A stretch of 64,000 nt of DNA from a virus, in the IMG/VR virus record IMGVR_UViG_3300032271_000682, positions 1 to 64,000 of that record. One strand, written 5' to 3'. Position 1 is the first letter of the stretch. Every line of letters begins with the position of its first letter. Positions 21,280 through 32,019 of the stretch are shown piece by piece. The notes beneath the pieces are model-generated. The model was not told where the DNA came from and did not search any database. It saw nothing but the letters and a program-made list of their open reading frames with translations. The position numbers and the translations under genes were made by a program.

Positions 21280-22212
21280 ATGACTTATGCACAATACGGA
21301 AGAATTCAAGCAACAGATTATAATAATTTTGTAAGTACTGGTACTCCAAACTTTAATAATATTTGGTCTACTGGATCAGGAAATAGTGGATACGGACAAT
21401 CATCATTATCAACGGTCTCATCTGGAGATCGTGTTACTGCCAATTCATGGAGTAATTTTGTTAATTTTACAGCCAATGTGGCTCTTCATCAAGGCTCTAG
21501 TATTACTGCAGTAACTCCTCCCCCAGCTGGAAATATTATTGCATTTATTTCAGCTCTTAGTACAAATTTAACAACAATCAATACAAATAGACTAAATGCT
21601 AATTTAGTAGGTACCGATATTTCAAATACCGCAACTAGAAGTACTTCATGGGGTACTGGCGTGGCATTGGCCAATGTTACTAGTACAGTAACTATAACTT
21701 TTGCTACAACGGCCGCCGCTAGATACTATTTTAATGCTGGTGGAACTATTAGAATTACATGTAGTAAAACTGGCGCTGCGTTGCCAGTAGATACTGCTTG
21801 GATTAATCTGTGTGCTGATATTGGAGCTATTGCTTTACCTGCAGTTTCAACCTCTCAAACAATTGCATCTCAGTCTTATACTGGATTAACTAAGATTGGT
21901 GGGGGCGGTACTGCTCCTATCACGTATGTAAGAAATGGATTTTATGATTTAACAGTTACTCCAACGGCATACTTTAAACAACTTAGTAACTATAGTGTAT
22001 ACACCGGCGATTATATACAAATGACATACAGTGTAAATACAGTTACACCTAATATTATAACAGTGGCAGTGCTATTTCACGATAGCGCAACATTTGGCAA
22101 CAATACTATAACAGGAAATTTAAGTGTAACAGCGGTTGCTCGTCAGCCAGAAAGTACTTATATTACTAGTACTTGGGGCACACCAACTGTTGCTGTAACA
22201 GCTCCAGCTTAA
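21280..22212 (+). CDS. Virion/tail-fibre-associated protein (paralog 2)
   Basis: Shares IQA.DYN.FVSTG.PN, ARY.FN.GG and GNLSVTAVAR..ESTYI...WGTP with the upstream gene. Confidence 0.65.
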   Translation: MTYAQYGRIQATDYNNFVSTGTPNFNNIWSTGSGNSGYGQSSLSTVSSGDRVTANSWSNFVNFTANVALHQGSSITAVTPPPAGNIIAFISALSTNLTTINTNRLNANLVGTDISNTATRSTSWGTGVALANVTSTVTITFATTAAARYYFNAGGTIRITCSKTGAALPVDTAWINLCADIGAIALPAVSTSQTIASQSYTGLTKIGGGGTAPITYVRNGFYDLTVTPTAYFKQLSNYSVYTGDYIQMTYSVNTVTPNIITVAVLFHDSATFGNNTITGNLSVTAVARQPESTYITSTWGTPTVAVTAPA

Positions 22213-22225
22213 AAATTCATGATCA

Positions 22226-22248
22226 TACTACTTATTGAATAAGTAGTA
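22226..22248. repeat. Perfect 11-bp inverted repeat overlapping a late promoter box
   Basis: TACTACTTATT-G-AATAAGTAGTA. Confidence 0.8.
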
Positions 22249-22250
22249 CT

Positions 22251-22556
22251 ATGAATACAGAACTAATCAAGCAAACCACTAAAATTAAATACGATCACGG
22301 TGTGGCAAAAATATCGGCCAAAGAGAATCATCAAGCAAGACTCTTGCTGACTCAATCCGGCGGTACATTTCGTGTCACGCCTGAATTAATCTCATTTCTA
22401 TCCATCGATAAATCTGAAACTATCATACTCTTAGATATATACGACAACCCTATTAGAGTCAATCGTGAAAATTTATTCAGCGCAGCGATATTGCTATATG
22501 AAGAGGTCATGACCGATTGGTGGAACACTGTAAACAAAATCAACAATCAACGATGA
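22251..22556 (+). CDS. Hypothetical protein (possible tail assembly chaperone)
   Basis: 101-aa ORF after the fibre genes; late box 5 nt upstream. Confidence 0.55.
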   Translation: MNTELIKQTTKIKYDHGVAKISAKENHQARLLLTQSGGTFRVTPELISFLSIDKSETIILLDIYDNPIRVNRENLFSAAILLYEEVMTDWWNTVNKINNQR

Positions 22557-23356
22557 AACAGGGTGTATTACTATTTGCCGTTGATACTAATACTGTGTCT
22601 TATACAAGTATTGCCAGTTACTGTGCTAAAAAAATCAAACAACATCTTAATTTAAGCGTGACATTGGTTACCGACAGTACTATTTTAAATCCAATATTTG
22701 ACAATGTCATTACAATAGATAAAGTTGATAGTCAAGAACGTTCTATATCTGGTGGAATTGAAACATGGCGTAATTTTAATAGATATCATGCCTACGAACT
22801 TAGTCCATATGATCAAACATTGTTGTTAGATTGTGATTACATATGTAATAGCACTCAGCTACTCAAATTATTTGATTTTAATCAGAATCTATTATGTCAT
22901 AAACGTAGAATGTATTTGGGTAGCTTAGATCCTACTCATGAAATTGAATTATTTGGAAACAATATTGAAATGTATTGGGCCACTGTAGTGTACTTTACTA
23001 AAAGTGACGAGAGCAAGTGTGTGTTTGAAATGATAAAAATGATTCAGCATAATTATGATCATTATGCCAAATTATATAGATTTAATCCAAATCCTTATCG
23101 TAATGACTATGCACTAAGTATTGCTCTAAATGCAGTATATGGACATGCTATACCAACGACAGTTGAAATACCATGGCGACTAACAAATGCTGAATTTAAT
23201 ACTAAAATAAAACAACTATCTGATAATAATTATGAATTGACATTCAACAAATATATTAATTCTCAGCAGAAAACTGTTAAAATTTCTACACACGATCAAG
23301 ATATACATTTTCTAAATAAATCAGACTTACTAACTATTATTGAGCAAAACAAATGA
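22553..23356 (+). CDS. Glycosyltransferase, GT-A/GT8-like
   Basis: GVLLFA start, SPYDQTLLLDCDY (DxD motif), RNDYALSIA, late His. Likely start is ATG 22553, overlapping the upstream TGA. Confidence 0.7.
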   Translation: MKQGVLLFAVDTNTVSYTSIASYCAKKIKQHLNLSVTLVTDSTILNPIFDNVITIDKVDSQERSISGGIETWRNFNRYHAYELSPYDQTLLLDCDYICNSTQLLKLFDFNQNLLCHKRRMYLGSLDPTHEIELFGNNIEMYWATVVYFTKSDESKCVFEMIKMIQHNYDHYAKLYRFNPNPYRNDYALSIALNAVYGHAIPTTVEIPWRLTNAEFNTKIKQLSDNNYELTFNKYINSQQKTVKISTHDQDIHFLNKSDLLTIIEQNK

Positions 23357-24156
23357 CACAAGGATATCTGATTCAAGCAGTTAATACCGATGAAGTAGAC
23401 TATGTATGCTGTGCTCGTGTGCTAGCGCATTCAATTAGAGCAACTGAGGATACTAGACCCATTACGTTATTGACTAATCATAGTAACTATGAACGATTAG
23501 ATGTATTTGACAGTGTAATACTACTAGATTCTGATGTAGTTAATTCTCAAACATGTGGTTCATATAGTGATGACTGGCAAGTATATCACAAGTCTCCGTA
23601 TGATGAAACGTTTAAATTAGAAGCAGATATATTAGTAACTAGATCACTTGATAGTTGGTGGACGTTATGTCATGATAGAAATATTCATATAGCAACTGGA
23701 TGTAGAGATTATAAACAAAATATATCTAAATCTAGAGATTATAGACACACTAATGATAAGAACTTACTACCAGACTGCTATAACGGAATTACATATTTTA
23801 AAAAATGTCAGCTTAGTGAAACATTCTATTCAATAGTTAGAACTATATTTGCAAATTGGACTGAAATTAATAATGAACTCAAACATTCATCTATTCTAGA
23901 GTATGGAGACACTGACACTGTATATGCTATAGCAGCAACTTGTATTGGTATTGAACAGTGTACGCTTCCAAATAATATTATTCAATTTGTTCATATGAAG
24001 CAACGTATTAATAATACATTGAATGTAGATTGGACACAAGAATTAATATGGGAATACTTTAAGTCTGACTTTAGAATACATACTCGTAGTCAATTATATC
24101 CAGTTCATTACTATATTAAATCATTAGCAAAAAAATTGGAACAATATTATGTATAG
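23353..24156 (+). CDS. Glycosyltransferase, GT-A/GT8-like (paralog)
   Basis: GYLIQA, SPYDETFKLEAD (ExD motif), DTDTVYAIA, FVHMK. Confidence 0.7.
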   Translation: MTQGYLIQAVNTDEVDYVCCARVLAHSIRATEDTRPITLLTNHSNYERLDVFDSVILLDSDVVNSQTCGSYSDDWQVYHKSPYDETFKLEADILVTRSLDSWWTLCHDRNIHIATGCRDYKQNISKSRDYRHTNDKNLLPDCYNGITYFKKCQLSETFYSIVRTIFANWTEINNELKHSSILEYGDTDTVYAIAATCIGIEQCTLPNNIIQFVHMKQRINNTLNVDWTQELIWEYFKSDFRIHTRSQLYPVHYYIKSLAKKLEQYYV

Positions 24157-24433
24157 ACTATATTATAACAGTGATGGGTCTCCAAAATATTACACAATGG
24201 AAGACTTAGAGGGTGAATACATTGAGGTTGATGAACAAACTTATCATGTGGGCAGATACGATGTTAAGATTGTCAATAAAAAATTAAAATCATTAAACGA
24301 AAATATTGTATCCAAGTATACAATAGTAAAGCAAAGAACATTATCTACCGTTTCATGTGATCCAACAGATATTTTACTAGTAGTTGATATATCTCAAGAT
24401 AATATATTATGGGACTACTTAGATAGCAACTAA
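24149..24433 (+). CDS. Hypothetical protein
   Basis: 94-aa ORF coupled to the GT genes. Confidence 0.55.
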   Translation: MYRLYYNSDGSPKYYTMEDLEGEYIEVDEQTYHVGRYDVKIVNKKLKSLNENIVSKYTIVKQRTLSTVSCDPTDILLVVDISQDNILWDYLDSN

Positions 24434-24436
24434 ATA
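24429..24436 (+). promoter_or_regulatory. Late promoter box heading the GT-radical SAM operon
   Basis: ACTAAATA, 6 nt before ATG 24443. Confidence 0.65.
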
Positions 24437-24442
24437 TTCTAT

Positions 24443-25375
24443 ATGAATATTGAATACATAGATGTTGCTGATCTCGACACAATTTTTTTAACTTATGATG
24501 AACCAAAAAAAGAAGAATTTTGGGTCAGAATAAAAAACATGATTCCATGGGCAAAGCGTGTAGATAACGTATATGGAAGTGATGCTGCTCATAAAGCTGC
24601 CGCTGATCAATCCGAAACTGAGCGTTTTATACTAATTGACGGTGATAACATGCCAGATCAAAAGTTCTTTGATTTAACACTAGAGATCACTGATCAAAAT
24701 AAACATCATCAAATGCGTTGGCGTGCAAAGAATCACGTTAATGGATTATATTATGGAAATGGTGGCATATCTAGTTGGACAAAAACATACGTTCATAATA
24801 TGAAGACTCATGAAAACACCGATGGTAGCGACAAAACTAACATAGAGTTTTGTTTTGATCCAATGTATGTGCCAATGCATGATTCTTATAGTACTACATA
24901 CATTAATCACAGTCCAAAGCAAGCATGGCGTGCAGGATTTCGTGAGGGTGTTAAGATGTGTACTCGTGATGGAGTAATACCTAAAAATAGACAAGAATTC
25001 TTAACGTGGTTGTGGCCCAGTAATTTACAAAATTTGTCAATATGGCATAGTATGGGACGTGATGTTGAGAATGGATTTTGGGCTATATTAGGTGCTAGAC
25101 TAGGAACTCACTATCTAATGTTACACGAGGGCTGGGATCACACAGATGTTCGTGACTTCAACAAATTAGATGAATTATGGGAAAGACACAAAAACAATGA
25201 TGAACAAGTTGCTATTGATATTGCTAAAGATTTAAACAAATATCTCGGAACAAACATTGTTGAGTTTGATGAAAGACAAAGTAAATTTTTTAAAGATTAC
25301 ATTAGTAAAAATTGGCATAATATGGGACCAATGATTACAGAAATGTCAGTAGTTAGAGCAAGAGAAGGATGGTAA
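24443..25375 (+). CDS. Glycosyltransferase-like protein (GT-A fold)
   Basis: DTIFLTYDEP, GSDAAHKAAA, FILIDGDN (DxD), NGLYYGNGG, AWRAGFREGVKM. Confidence 0.7.
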   Translation: MNIEYIDVADLDTIFLTYDEPKKEEFWVRIKNMIPWAKRVDNVYGSDAAHKAAADQSETERFILIDGDNMPDQKFFDLTLEITDQNKHHQMRWRAKNHVNGLYYGNGGISSWTKTYVHNMKTHENTDGSDKTNIEFCFDPMYVPMHDSYSTTYINHSPKQAWRAGFREGVKMCTRDGVIPKNRQEFLTWLWPSNLQNLSIWHSMGRDVENGFWAILGARLGTHYLMLHEGWDHTDVRDFNKLDELWERHKNNDEQVAIDIAKDLNKYLGTNIVEFDERQSKFFKDYISKNWHNMGPMITEMSVVRAREGW

Positions 25376-26670
25376 TGATAGATAACAATAATAAAAGTTT
25401 TTGTGCAGTTCCGTTTGTAAGTACAATGGTCAACACAGATACAACAATTAGATACTGCTGTATGGTTCGAGGAACACATAATAAATTAAAAAAAGAGGAC
25501 GGCACATTCTATTCTTGTAAGGATAATTTTATAACCGACTCTTGGAATAGTTCAGACATGAGAACAATCAGATTGAATATGATTGATGGCAATAAAATAG
25601 AAGGGTGTACGGTATGTTATGATCAAGAATCCAACGGCAGAACTTCTAATCGTGAACATGCTAATCGTGAATGGTCATGGCGTTTAGGTCAAGAACATAT
25701 GAATGATCTTATTACACAAGCAATTGACAACAATGGTCACTTAGATAGTGATCCAGTATATTTGGATTTACGTCTTGGCAATCTGTGCAATCTAAAATGT
25801 CGTATGTGCAACCCATGGAATTCTAGTCAGATCGTTAAAGAACACGTTGAACTAGCAGAGAAAAATCCTGAGTATAATGAAGTATGGCGCAAAACATTTG
25901 GTAAATTTCCTATCACAGTAATGGATGATCAACAATGGTTTGATCATGACATCTTGTGGGATCAAGTTATTTCCTTAATCCCTACCTTAAAAAAAGTCTA
26001 CATGACCGGCGGTGAACCTACACTTATCAAAAACAACATCAAGTTTATGCAACGTTGCATTGACGCTGGTCGTACAGATATTGTATTGTTCTTTAATACC
26101 AACTGCACAAACATAAACAAAAAGTTTTTAGAATTGATCTCACAATTCAAACAAGTAAACATAAATGCGAGTATGGATGGTATTGGTGTTGTCAATGAAT
26201 ATATACGTGCGCCGAGTGATTGGAAATTAATCAGTGAGAATATTGAGAAGCTAGCTCAAATGCCCAATATCAATCTGGGAGTTACTCCCACAATTCAAGT
26301 GTACAATGTATTCGACATTGTGAATATGTTAAACTGGGTAGATGAACTGAATATTCGTCACGGTAAACAAATCTTTATCGACTTCTTGGTCAATCATCAC
26401 CCACATCATCTTGCTGTGCGAATACTAGATGATGAGATGCGAGGAGCTGCATTGGATATGATATCGGGCTATATGGCAGTGACAAAGATCCAGCCTTCAA
26501 CACAAACATTTAACTCGCTTAAAGGCATCATTGGTTTACTACAGCAGCCGCGAGTTGATGACTGGGAAGAACAATTACATCGATTTAAAGTCTACACCAA
26601 TGCATTGGATGTAGAACGTGGGCAATCTATTACTAATATTGATCAACGACTGGCGGTCTTATGTCACTAA
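25369..26670 (+). CDS. Radical SAM protein with N-terminal SPASM/twitch-like domain
   Basis: FCAVPF...CC...C..C N-terminal domain, CNLKCRMC, MTGGEP, NTN, ASMDG. Confidence 0.9.
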   Translation: MVMIDNNNKSFCAVPFVSTMVNTDTTIRYCCMVRGTHNKLKKEDGTFYSCKDNFITDSWNSSDMRTIRLNMIDGNKIEGCTVCYDQESNGRTSNREHANREWSWRLGQEHMNDLITQAIDNNGHLDSDPVYLDLRLGNLCNLKCRMCNPWNSSQIVKEHVELAEKNPEYNEVWRKTFGKFPITVMDDQQWFDHDILWDQVISLIPTLKKVYMTGGEPTLIKNNIKFMQRCIDAGRTDIVLFFNTNCTNINKKFLELISQFKQVNINASMDGIGVVNEYIRAPSDWKLISENIEKLAQMPNINLGVTPTIQVYNVFDIVNMLNWVDELNIRHGKQIFIDFLVNHHPHHLAVRILDDEMRGAALDMISGYMAVTKIQPSTQTFNSLKGIIGLLQQPRVDDWEEQLHRFKVYTNALDVERGQSITNIDQRLAVLCH

Positions 26671-27926
26671 ACTCAAAGAAAAACTTCTGTATTCAACCGT
26701 GGATACACTTGGCTAGTTACAATGATGGAAGTGTACCGCTATGTTGCATTGCTGAACCTGAGTATGATCTAAATCTGAACAGACAAACCCCAGTTCAAAT
26801 ATGGAACAGCTCACAGTTTAAAGCTGCAAGACTACAGATTATGAAGGGCGAACGACTATCACAGTGTTCAAGTTGCTGGAAAGAAGAAGATAGCGGAATA
26901 AGAAGCCACAGACAAATTGAAAACTTTATGTGGGAAAAAAAGTTTGGTCTAGAACATCTAGAAGAACTAGTCAATAAGACACACGAAGATGGAACAGTTG
27001 ATCACAAACCTATGACTCTTGATCTACGTTTGTCTAATCTATGTAATCTACAATGTGTGATGTGTCGTCCGCGTGATAGTAGCAAATGGCTAGCAGATAG
27101 CAAAAAGTTAAGTGAAAGTTTAGTTAGTGTGCATGCCAAGAATGACTGGCAACACAAAGCTAACAGTATCTCTAATACAGATATGTTTGACTGGTTTGAA
27201 CGTCTAGAAACACAAGAAGCTCTAGAAGAATTCTTAGGCGATATCAGACACATTATTTTTGGTGGTGGTGAGCCACTGCTTATCAAAGAGCACGACAGAT
27301 TTATCAGAAGATTGGTAGAATCAGGAAACTCTAGACGCATATCATTACGTTATCACACTAACGGAACTCAATTGAATGAAGAGATTATTGAATTATGGAG
27401 TCATTTTGAGCAAGTAGAATTGATGATCAGTCTAGATGATTGGGGACAGCGTAATGAGTATGTCAGATACCCTGCCAAGTGGGCAACAATTAAAAAGAAT
27501 CTAGACAGATTGGATACAACTCCTGACAACATTGTTGTCAATATGTTAGCCAGTATACATGCTATGAATATATATAATTTACCTGAGTTTGCAATGCTGA
27601 TGATACACAGTGAATGGAAAAAGATTTGTGTTCGTAACGACAAGATGTTCAATGTGGGTACTGTTCACTGGCCACGATACATGAGTACTAAAGTATTACC
27701 ACAAGATGTTAAGAATACAATCTTAAATTACTGGAATTTATTCACGGAATTAAATAAGCATCAGTACTGGGTGAATCGTGTAAAGCCTCAATTGGATTTT
27801 ATGATGAGCGGTGATGAGTCTAGATTGTATACTGATCTACTAGACTATATTGAAAAGCTAGACGCAATTAGACCTATTAAATTTACTGATGTATACAGTG
27901 ACTACTACAAAATATTAACAGAGTAA
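26661..27926 (+). CDS. Radical SAM protein with N-terminal SPASM/twitch-like domain (paralog)
   Basis: FCIQPW...CC...CSSC, CNLQCVMC, GGGEP, HTNG, ISLDD. Confidence 0.9.
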   Translation: MSLNSKKNFCIQPWIHLASYNDGSVPLCCIAEPEYDLNLNRQTPVQIWNSSQFKAARLQIMKGERLSQCSSCWKEEDSGIRSHRQIENFMWEKKFGLEHLEELVNKTHEDGTVDHKPMTLDLRLSNLCNLQCVMCRPRDSSKWLADSKKLSESLVSVHAKNDWQHKANSISNTDMFDWFERLETQEALEEFLGDIRHIIFGGGEPLLIKEHDRFIRRLVESGNSRRISLRYHTNGTQLNEEIIELWSHFEQVELMISLDDWGQRNEYVRYPAKWATIKKNLDRLDTTPDNIVVNMLASIHAMNIYNLPEFAMLMIHSEWKKICVRNDKMFNVGTVHWPRYMSTKVLPQDVKNTILNYWNLFTELNKHQYWVNRVKPQLDFMMSGDESRLYTDLLDYIEKLDAIRPIKFTDVYSDYYKILTE

Positions 27927-27929
27927 TCT

Positions 27930-28874
27930 ATGACAACTTTACAACTACATTTTTTAGACAATTTAGACAAAAAGCACATTATAAATTTTTTTATCTATAA
28001 TAGTAATCTGGCCAAACGCTGGATTGAGCTTACAAAAAAGAATCAAGCTATACCAGAAAAGAGTATTTCTGCTAAGTTTTCAAATGTAAGCCCAACTCAA
28101 ATAGCTAGTGTTAGAAAAAGATTGATTGACTGTATTACTCGAATAAATGAAGTGTACGATGAGCAACTTCCTCTTTATTCGGACGTTGAAACTCTACGTA
28201 CTTCGGAGTTGAACTATCTACATGAACAATTTGAACTTTATGGTGACAGATATGAAAAACTCATGGCAGAAAAAACATACTGGACTCAAGAACTTCACGA
28301 GAATTTCTTACAACTAAATGAATTGATTCATCTACACGAAGATGTTAATCTCAGCGCATCACAGAAATTTCCATCAATGTCGTTACTATATGATTATTAT
28401 CTACAGGGATTACATGAGCCTATACTAGAGTCAGATAAAATATGGTTAAGCAATCAATTTGATTGGGGTCAAGTATATCTAGGATACAACACATTAGGCA
28501 AAGATTGGATGAAAGTCATGGCAGATAACGACTTAGCAGTAATTGAGCGTGAACAAGTTCGACCACAACGACGATTTGCAGCAGAGACCTGGATCAACTT
28601 TGGTCCATATAGTGGAGACTATGCTCTGACTATATTTGAACGTTGGTTAAATGATCTTCCAGAGAGTATACGAAGCAAAGTTCCTGTTGATAATTTAAAT
28701 ACTATGACTCTTGGAAGATTCAAAATAGGACAAGTTATCATTGATGATTACTTTTTAAAATATAATTCAGACCGCGCTCAGTGGAAAATTTTCAACAGTC
28801 AAGCTAAACTAGACTGGAACATTAATGTGTTTAGTACTTTTGTAAAATTAATAGATGTAAGATTTTATGACTAA
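27930..28874 (+). CDS. Hypothetical protein in the radical SAM cluster
   Basis: 314-aa ORF with LNYLHEQFE / LNELIHLHE His motifs and VYLGYNTLGKDW. Confidence 0.6.
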   Translation: MTTLQLHFLDNLDKKHIINFFIYNSNLAKRWIELTKKNQAIPEKSISAKFSNVSPTQIASVRKRLIDCITRINEVYDEQLPLYSDVETLRTSELNYLHEQFELYGDRYEKLMAEKTYWTQELHENFLQLNELIHLHEDVNLSASQKFPSMSLLYDYYLQGLHEPILESDKIWLSNQFDWGQVYLGYNTLGKDWMKVMADNDLAVIEREQVRPQRRFAAETWINFGPYSGDYALTIFERWLNDLPESIRSKVPVDNLNTMTLGRFKIGQVIIDDYFLKYNSDRAQWKIFNSQAKLDWNINVFSTFVKLIDVRFYD

Positions 28875-29955
28875 GCAAATAATTAGCATCAAACGAAAAT
28901 CTAATGTATGTCAACTAACATGGATACTAAACAACATCTGTACTAATCATTGCGATTATTGTCCTCCTACTCTACACAGCGGAACAAATCATCATTATGA
29001 TTGGGTTATAGCCAAAAATTTTGTAGATCGCTTGATGAATAGATACTCTCAAATACATTGCACGATTAGTGGAGGAGAACCTACTTTATCTCCTCATTTT
29101 CCGGAATTAGTAAAGATGTTTCATGATCGTGGACATACCGTGGGTATTACCTCTAATGGTGCTCGTACAGTTAGATACTGGGAAGAAGTAGCACCACTTT
29201 TGTCCTACATCTGTTTTTCATATCACCCTAGTTTTCACGATAAAGAATTTTTAGACAAAGCAATAGCTGCCGCCAAACATACACAAGTAACTGTACGAGT
29301 TATGATGGACAGTCGTCACTGGGCTCGCTCAGTTGAAATGTTCAATGAATGCTATAATAATCCTGTCTTGTGTGTAGAGGCTGTTAAAATATTGGCAGAA
29401 ACATCGATGCGTAGTGGAGTTGGAGAAGACTACAGTACTGAGCAACTTGAATGGATATCTAGTCAACGATTGAAATTTTCAACGTTGCGTCAGTATAAAG
29501 ATAATCCAAACTGGAAACAAGCTGAGATTGACGCAGTGGGTTATTATGATGATGGCTCAGTCGATTCTAGTATAGACACTAATTACTTAGTGTCTACTGG
29601 TCAAACTGATTTTCGTGGATGGGCATGCAACATAGGATTAGAAAGTTTATTTGTACACTGGGATGGATTTGTAAAGAAGGGTAATTGTATGCAGGGCGGT
29701 AACTTATTTCATCTTAATGATCATGAACAACATGAATTACCATCTACTGGAGAAATTTGTTTACAGAATCTATGTAGTTGTGGAACGGATGTACTAATCA
29801 CCAAAGCGGCAATGTTAGATAAAGAACATCCATATATTGTACAAAATCAGTATGTCAGACCAGTACTCAACAATGAACAATACAAGCAAATGTTCTACGA
29901 TAAAAATGAAAAAGTGATAGGAGCAAAAGTAATTAGGATAGTGAAAGATGAATGA
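28867..29955 (+). CDS. Radical SAM protein with C-terminal SPASM/twitch-like cysteines
   Basis: CTNHCDYC, SGGEPT, TSNG, SYH; C-terminal CNIG...GNC...C...CSC. Confidence 0.9.
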   Translation: MTKQIISIKRKSNVCQLTWILNNICTNHCDYCPPTLHSGTNHHYDWVIAKNFVDRLMNRYSQIHCTISGGEPTLSPHFPELVKMFHDRGHTVGITSNGARTVRYWEEVAPLLSYICFSYHPSFHDKEFLDKAIAAAKHTQVTVRVMMDSRHWARSVEMFNECYNNPVLCVEAVKILAETSMRSGVGEDYSTEQLEWISSQRLKFSTLRQYKDNPNWKQAEIDAVGYYDDGSVDSSIDTNYLVSTGQTDFRGWACNIGLESLFVHWDGFVKKGNCMQGGNLFHLNDHEQHELPSTGEICLQNLCSCGTDVLITKAAMLDKEHPYIVQNQYVRPVLNNEQYKQMFYDKNEKVIGAKVIRIVKDE

Positions 29956-30625
29956 AGCACTATTAGAATTTATAAGAGTAAACACAAAAAATCAATGGCA
30001 CCCAATAATTTTACCACAAGATTTATGGAAGAGTAACTGGCCATGGGCTCCTATAATACCAAATGAGTCTATTACATCAGTGATATTAGAAGAACTAGCA
30101 GCAGTTGATCATCTATTTGTAGATCATCGTGCTAACGACAAGATCAATAGTTATGGTCACGAAGGTTGGGCCGCGCTTACACTACATGGAATTAATTACG
30201 ATAAGACAGAGAACTATGATCGGTATGGATTTAAGACCGAGCAAGAGGCAGATTATCACTGGACTTCTGTGTGTGATCAATTATCTGATACTGTAGAGTT
30301 AATAAAACGTTTGCCATTCACTAATTGGGGGCGTGTGCGTATTATGAGACTAGCACCTAATGGTTACATTATGCCACATACAGACGGCACAGGAAGGATA
30401 TTTGGACCATGTAACTTTGCTCTGACTAACCCAGAGGGATGTGAGTTTGTATTTGAAGATCACGGTCGAGTACCATTTGAACAGGGTCGTGGGTTTATGC
30501 TTGACTTAGGAATTAAACATGCTGTATACAACAATTCAGATGAATACAGATATCATGTTATAATACATGGCAAACCATATTCAGACATAAATTCCATAGT
30601 AAAACAATCAATTGAAAAATTATGA
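29948..30625 (+). CDS. Aspartyl/asparaginyl beta-hydroxylase-like 2OG-Fe(II) oxygenase
   Basis: RVRIMRLAPNGYIMPHTD...HAVYNNSDEYRYHVIIH (HxD...H, R). Confidence 0.8.
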   Translation: MNEALLEFIRVNTKNQWHPIILPQDLWKSNWPWAPIIPNESITSVILEELAAVDHLFVDHRANDKINSYGHEGWAALTLHGINYDKTENYDRYGFKTEQEADYHWTSVCDQLSDTVELIKRLPFTNWGRVRIMRLAPNGYIMPHTDGTGRIFGPCNFALTNPEGCEFVFEDHGRVPFEQGRGFMLDLGIKHAVYNNSDEYRYHVIIHGKPYSDINSIVKQSIEKL

Positions 30626-32019
30626 ACATTATAGACAAACGATTTAGCAATCAGATAAAACTGGCAATTTGTATTTTCCCCAGTGATATACTCAAGAACG
30701 AAATTCTTGCCGAGAAAATGACAGAGTATACTCGCTTCTACGCACTACGTTTCAATCAAATATTAGAGACTGATAGTACGCTGGACGTACATTATGCTTC
30801 AACAATTGAAGCTGCACTAGAACAATACAGTGACAAGTACGATCATCTGCTATTAATGGCGGCCGGTGTTCGTATATTCAAAATGGACATTTTATTTGAT
30901 ATTGAGCAAATGATACTAGATAATCCAAACTACTTCTGTGCAGCACATATATTAGACTGGAAAGAACGTTGGTTTGAGTTACATCATCAGTTTGTATTAG
31001 TAAACACTCAGCAGTGGAAGAAATGTGGTCGTCCTGAGTACGGAGGATGGACTGAAGCTATAGAAGAATTACCTGTGATAGAACGTAGTGTAGAAAACTT
31101 TCATGATGACTACACACCGTTATGGATTAAATTCACCGGTGAGTATTCACAACAACGTCATCAAGTACAGGGTTGGAATTTTATTAATGTAGCAGCAAGA
31201 CATGACATGGAAATCTTAAATTGGCCACAGCACATTAGACTTAAGCGTACATACTATTATCCAGAGAGTCAAAGCGATGATTTCTTAAATAGTTTAAATA
31301 CTTTAGATGTCACAAAAATTACAAACCCTAATCAACAAAGACTGATAGAGTCATGTAATGCCGTCAGACATCAAATTTGGGTAATCAATAGTGAACATAT
31401 GAGATTCATTGATACAGAAGAAACTTACGATACGGTAGTAACAACCGCCAGTGGTTTTAAGTTTCTAGACGCTTATCATAGTAATTTATTGTTTTGTGGA
31501 GTATGCCGACACTGTGATGAATCAAGCAAGTTGATTATTTATGATTTTAACCCACTTAGCATTGCTTGGGTAAAATATCTACACAGTAGTGATAATGAAA
31601 ATATTGCTGAGTTAGTTGAGACGTTTGAACATCGTCAGCACTTTAAGATATTAGGTGATGATGTGTTTAGTTCAACCGGCTCTTATACTAAATCATTCAG
31701 TGATGGGTTAGAGATTACCAAAGAATATTTTGGAGGACACAGTAACTTTATAGCACTACTGCGACAATTCAGACAGTCACGAGTAGAATTTATATTGAGT
31801 GATCTTTATAACGCTTCTCAAGAATTAATTGTTCATTTCAGAGGTAAAACACTGTTCAATATATCAAACATATTCTGTACTGATGTGGGCAATGCCTATT
31901 ATGGAATGAGAGAGACAAAGCTAAGATATCGACGATTACTAGACAGTATTAGCGTTGACTGTACTATTGTTGGGCATGATGCTGACTGTGAACAAATTAG
32001 TTTAAGAATTAATAACTAA
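30622..32019 (+). CDS. Hypothetical protein (GT-like N-terminal half; possible methyltransferase-like C-terminal half)
   Basis: 465-aa ORF coupled in the cluster; HILD...FELHHQFVLVN, ENFHDDYTPLW, IIYDFN. Confidence 0.5.
   Translation: MNIIDKRFSNQIKLAICIFPSDILKNEILAEKMTEYTRFYALRFNQILETDSTLDVHYASTIEAALEQYSDKYDHLLLMAAGVRIFKMDILFDIEQMILDNPNYFCAAHILDWKERWFELHHQFVLVNTQQWKKCGRPEYGGWTEAIEELPVIERSVENFHDDYTPLWIKFTGEYSQQRHQVQGWNFINVAARHDMEILNWPQHIRLKRTYYYPESQSDDFLNSLNTLDVTKITNPNQQRLIESCNAVRHQIWVINSEHMRFIDTEETYDTVVTTASGFKFLDAYHSNLLFCGVCRHCDESSKLIIYDFNPLSIAWVKYLHSSDNENIAELVETFEHRQHFKILGDDVFSSTGSYTKSFSDGLEITKEYFGGHSNFIALLRQFRQSRVEFILSDLYNASQELIVHFRGKTLFNISNIFCTDVGNAYYGMRETKLRYRRLLDSISVDCTIVGHDADCEQISLRINN

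Noticed and set aside
70-21674. Antisense and alternate-frame ORFs in the structural genes (e.g. 70-417, 700-1158, 19507-19848, 20637-20867)
   Set aside because: Shadow ORFs caused by Gly/Ala/Thr codon bias; they fully overlap well-supported genes and have no RBS or promoter.
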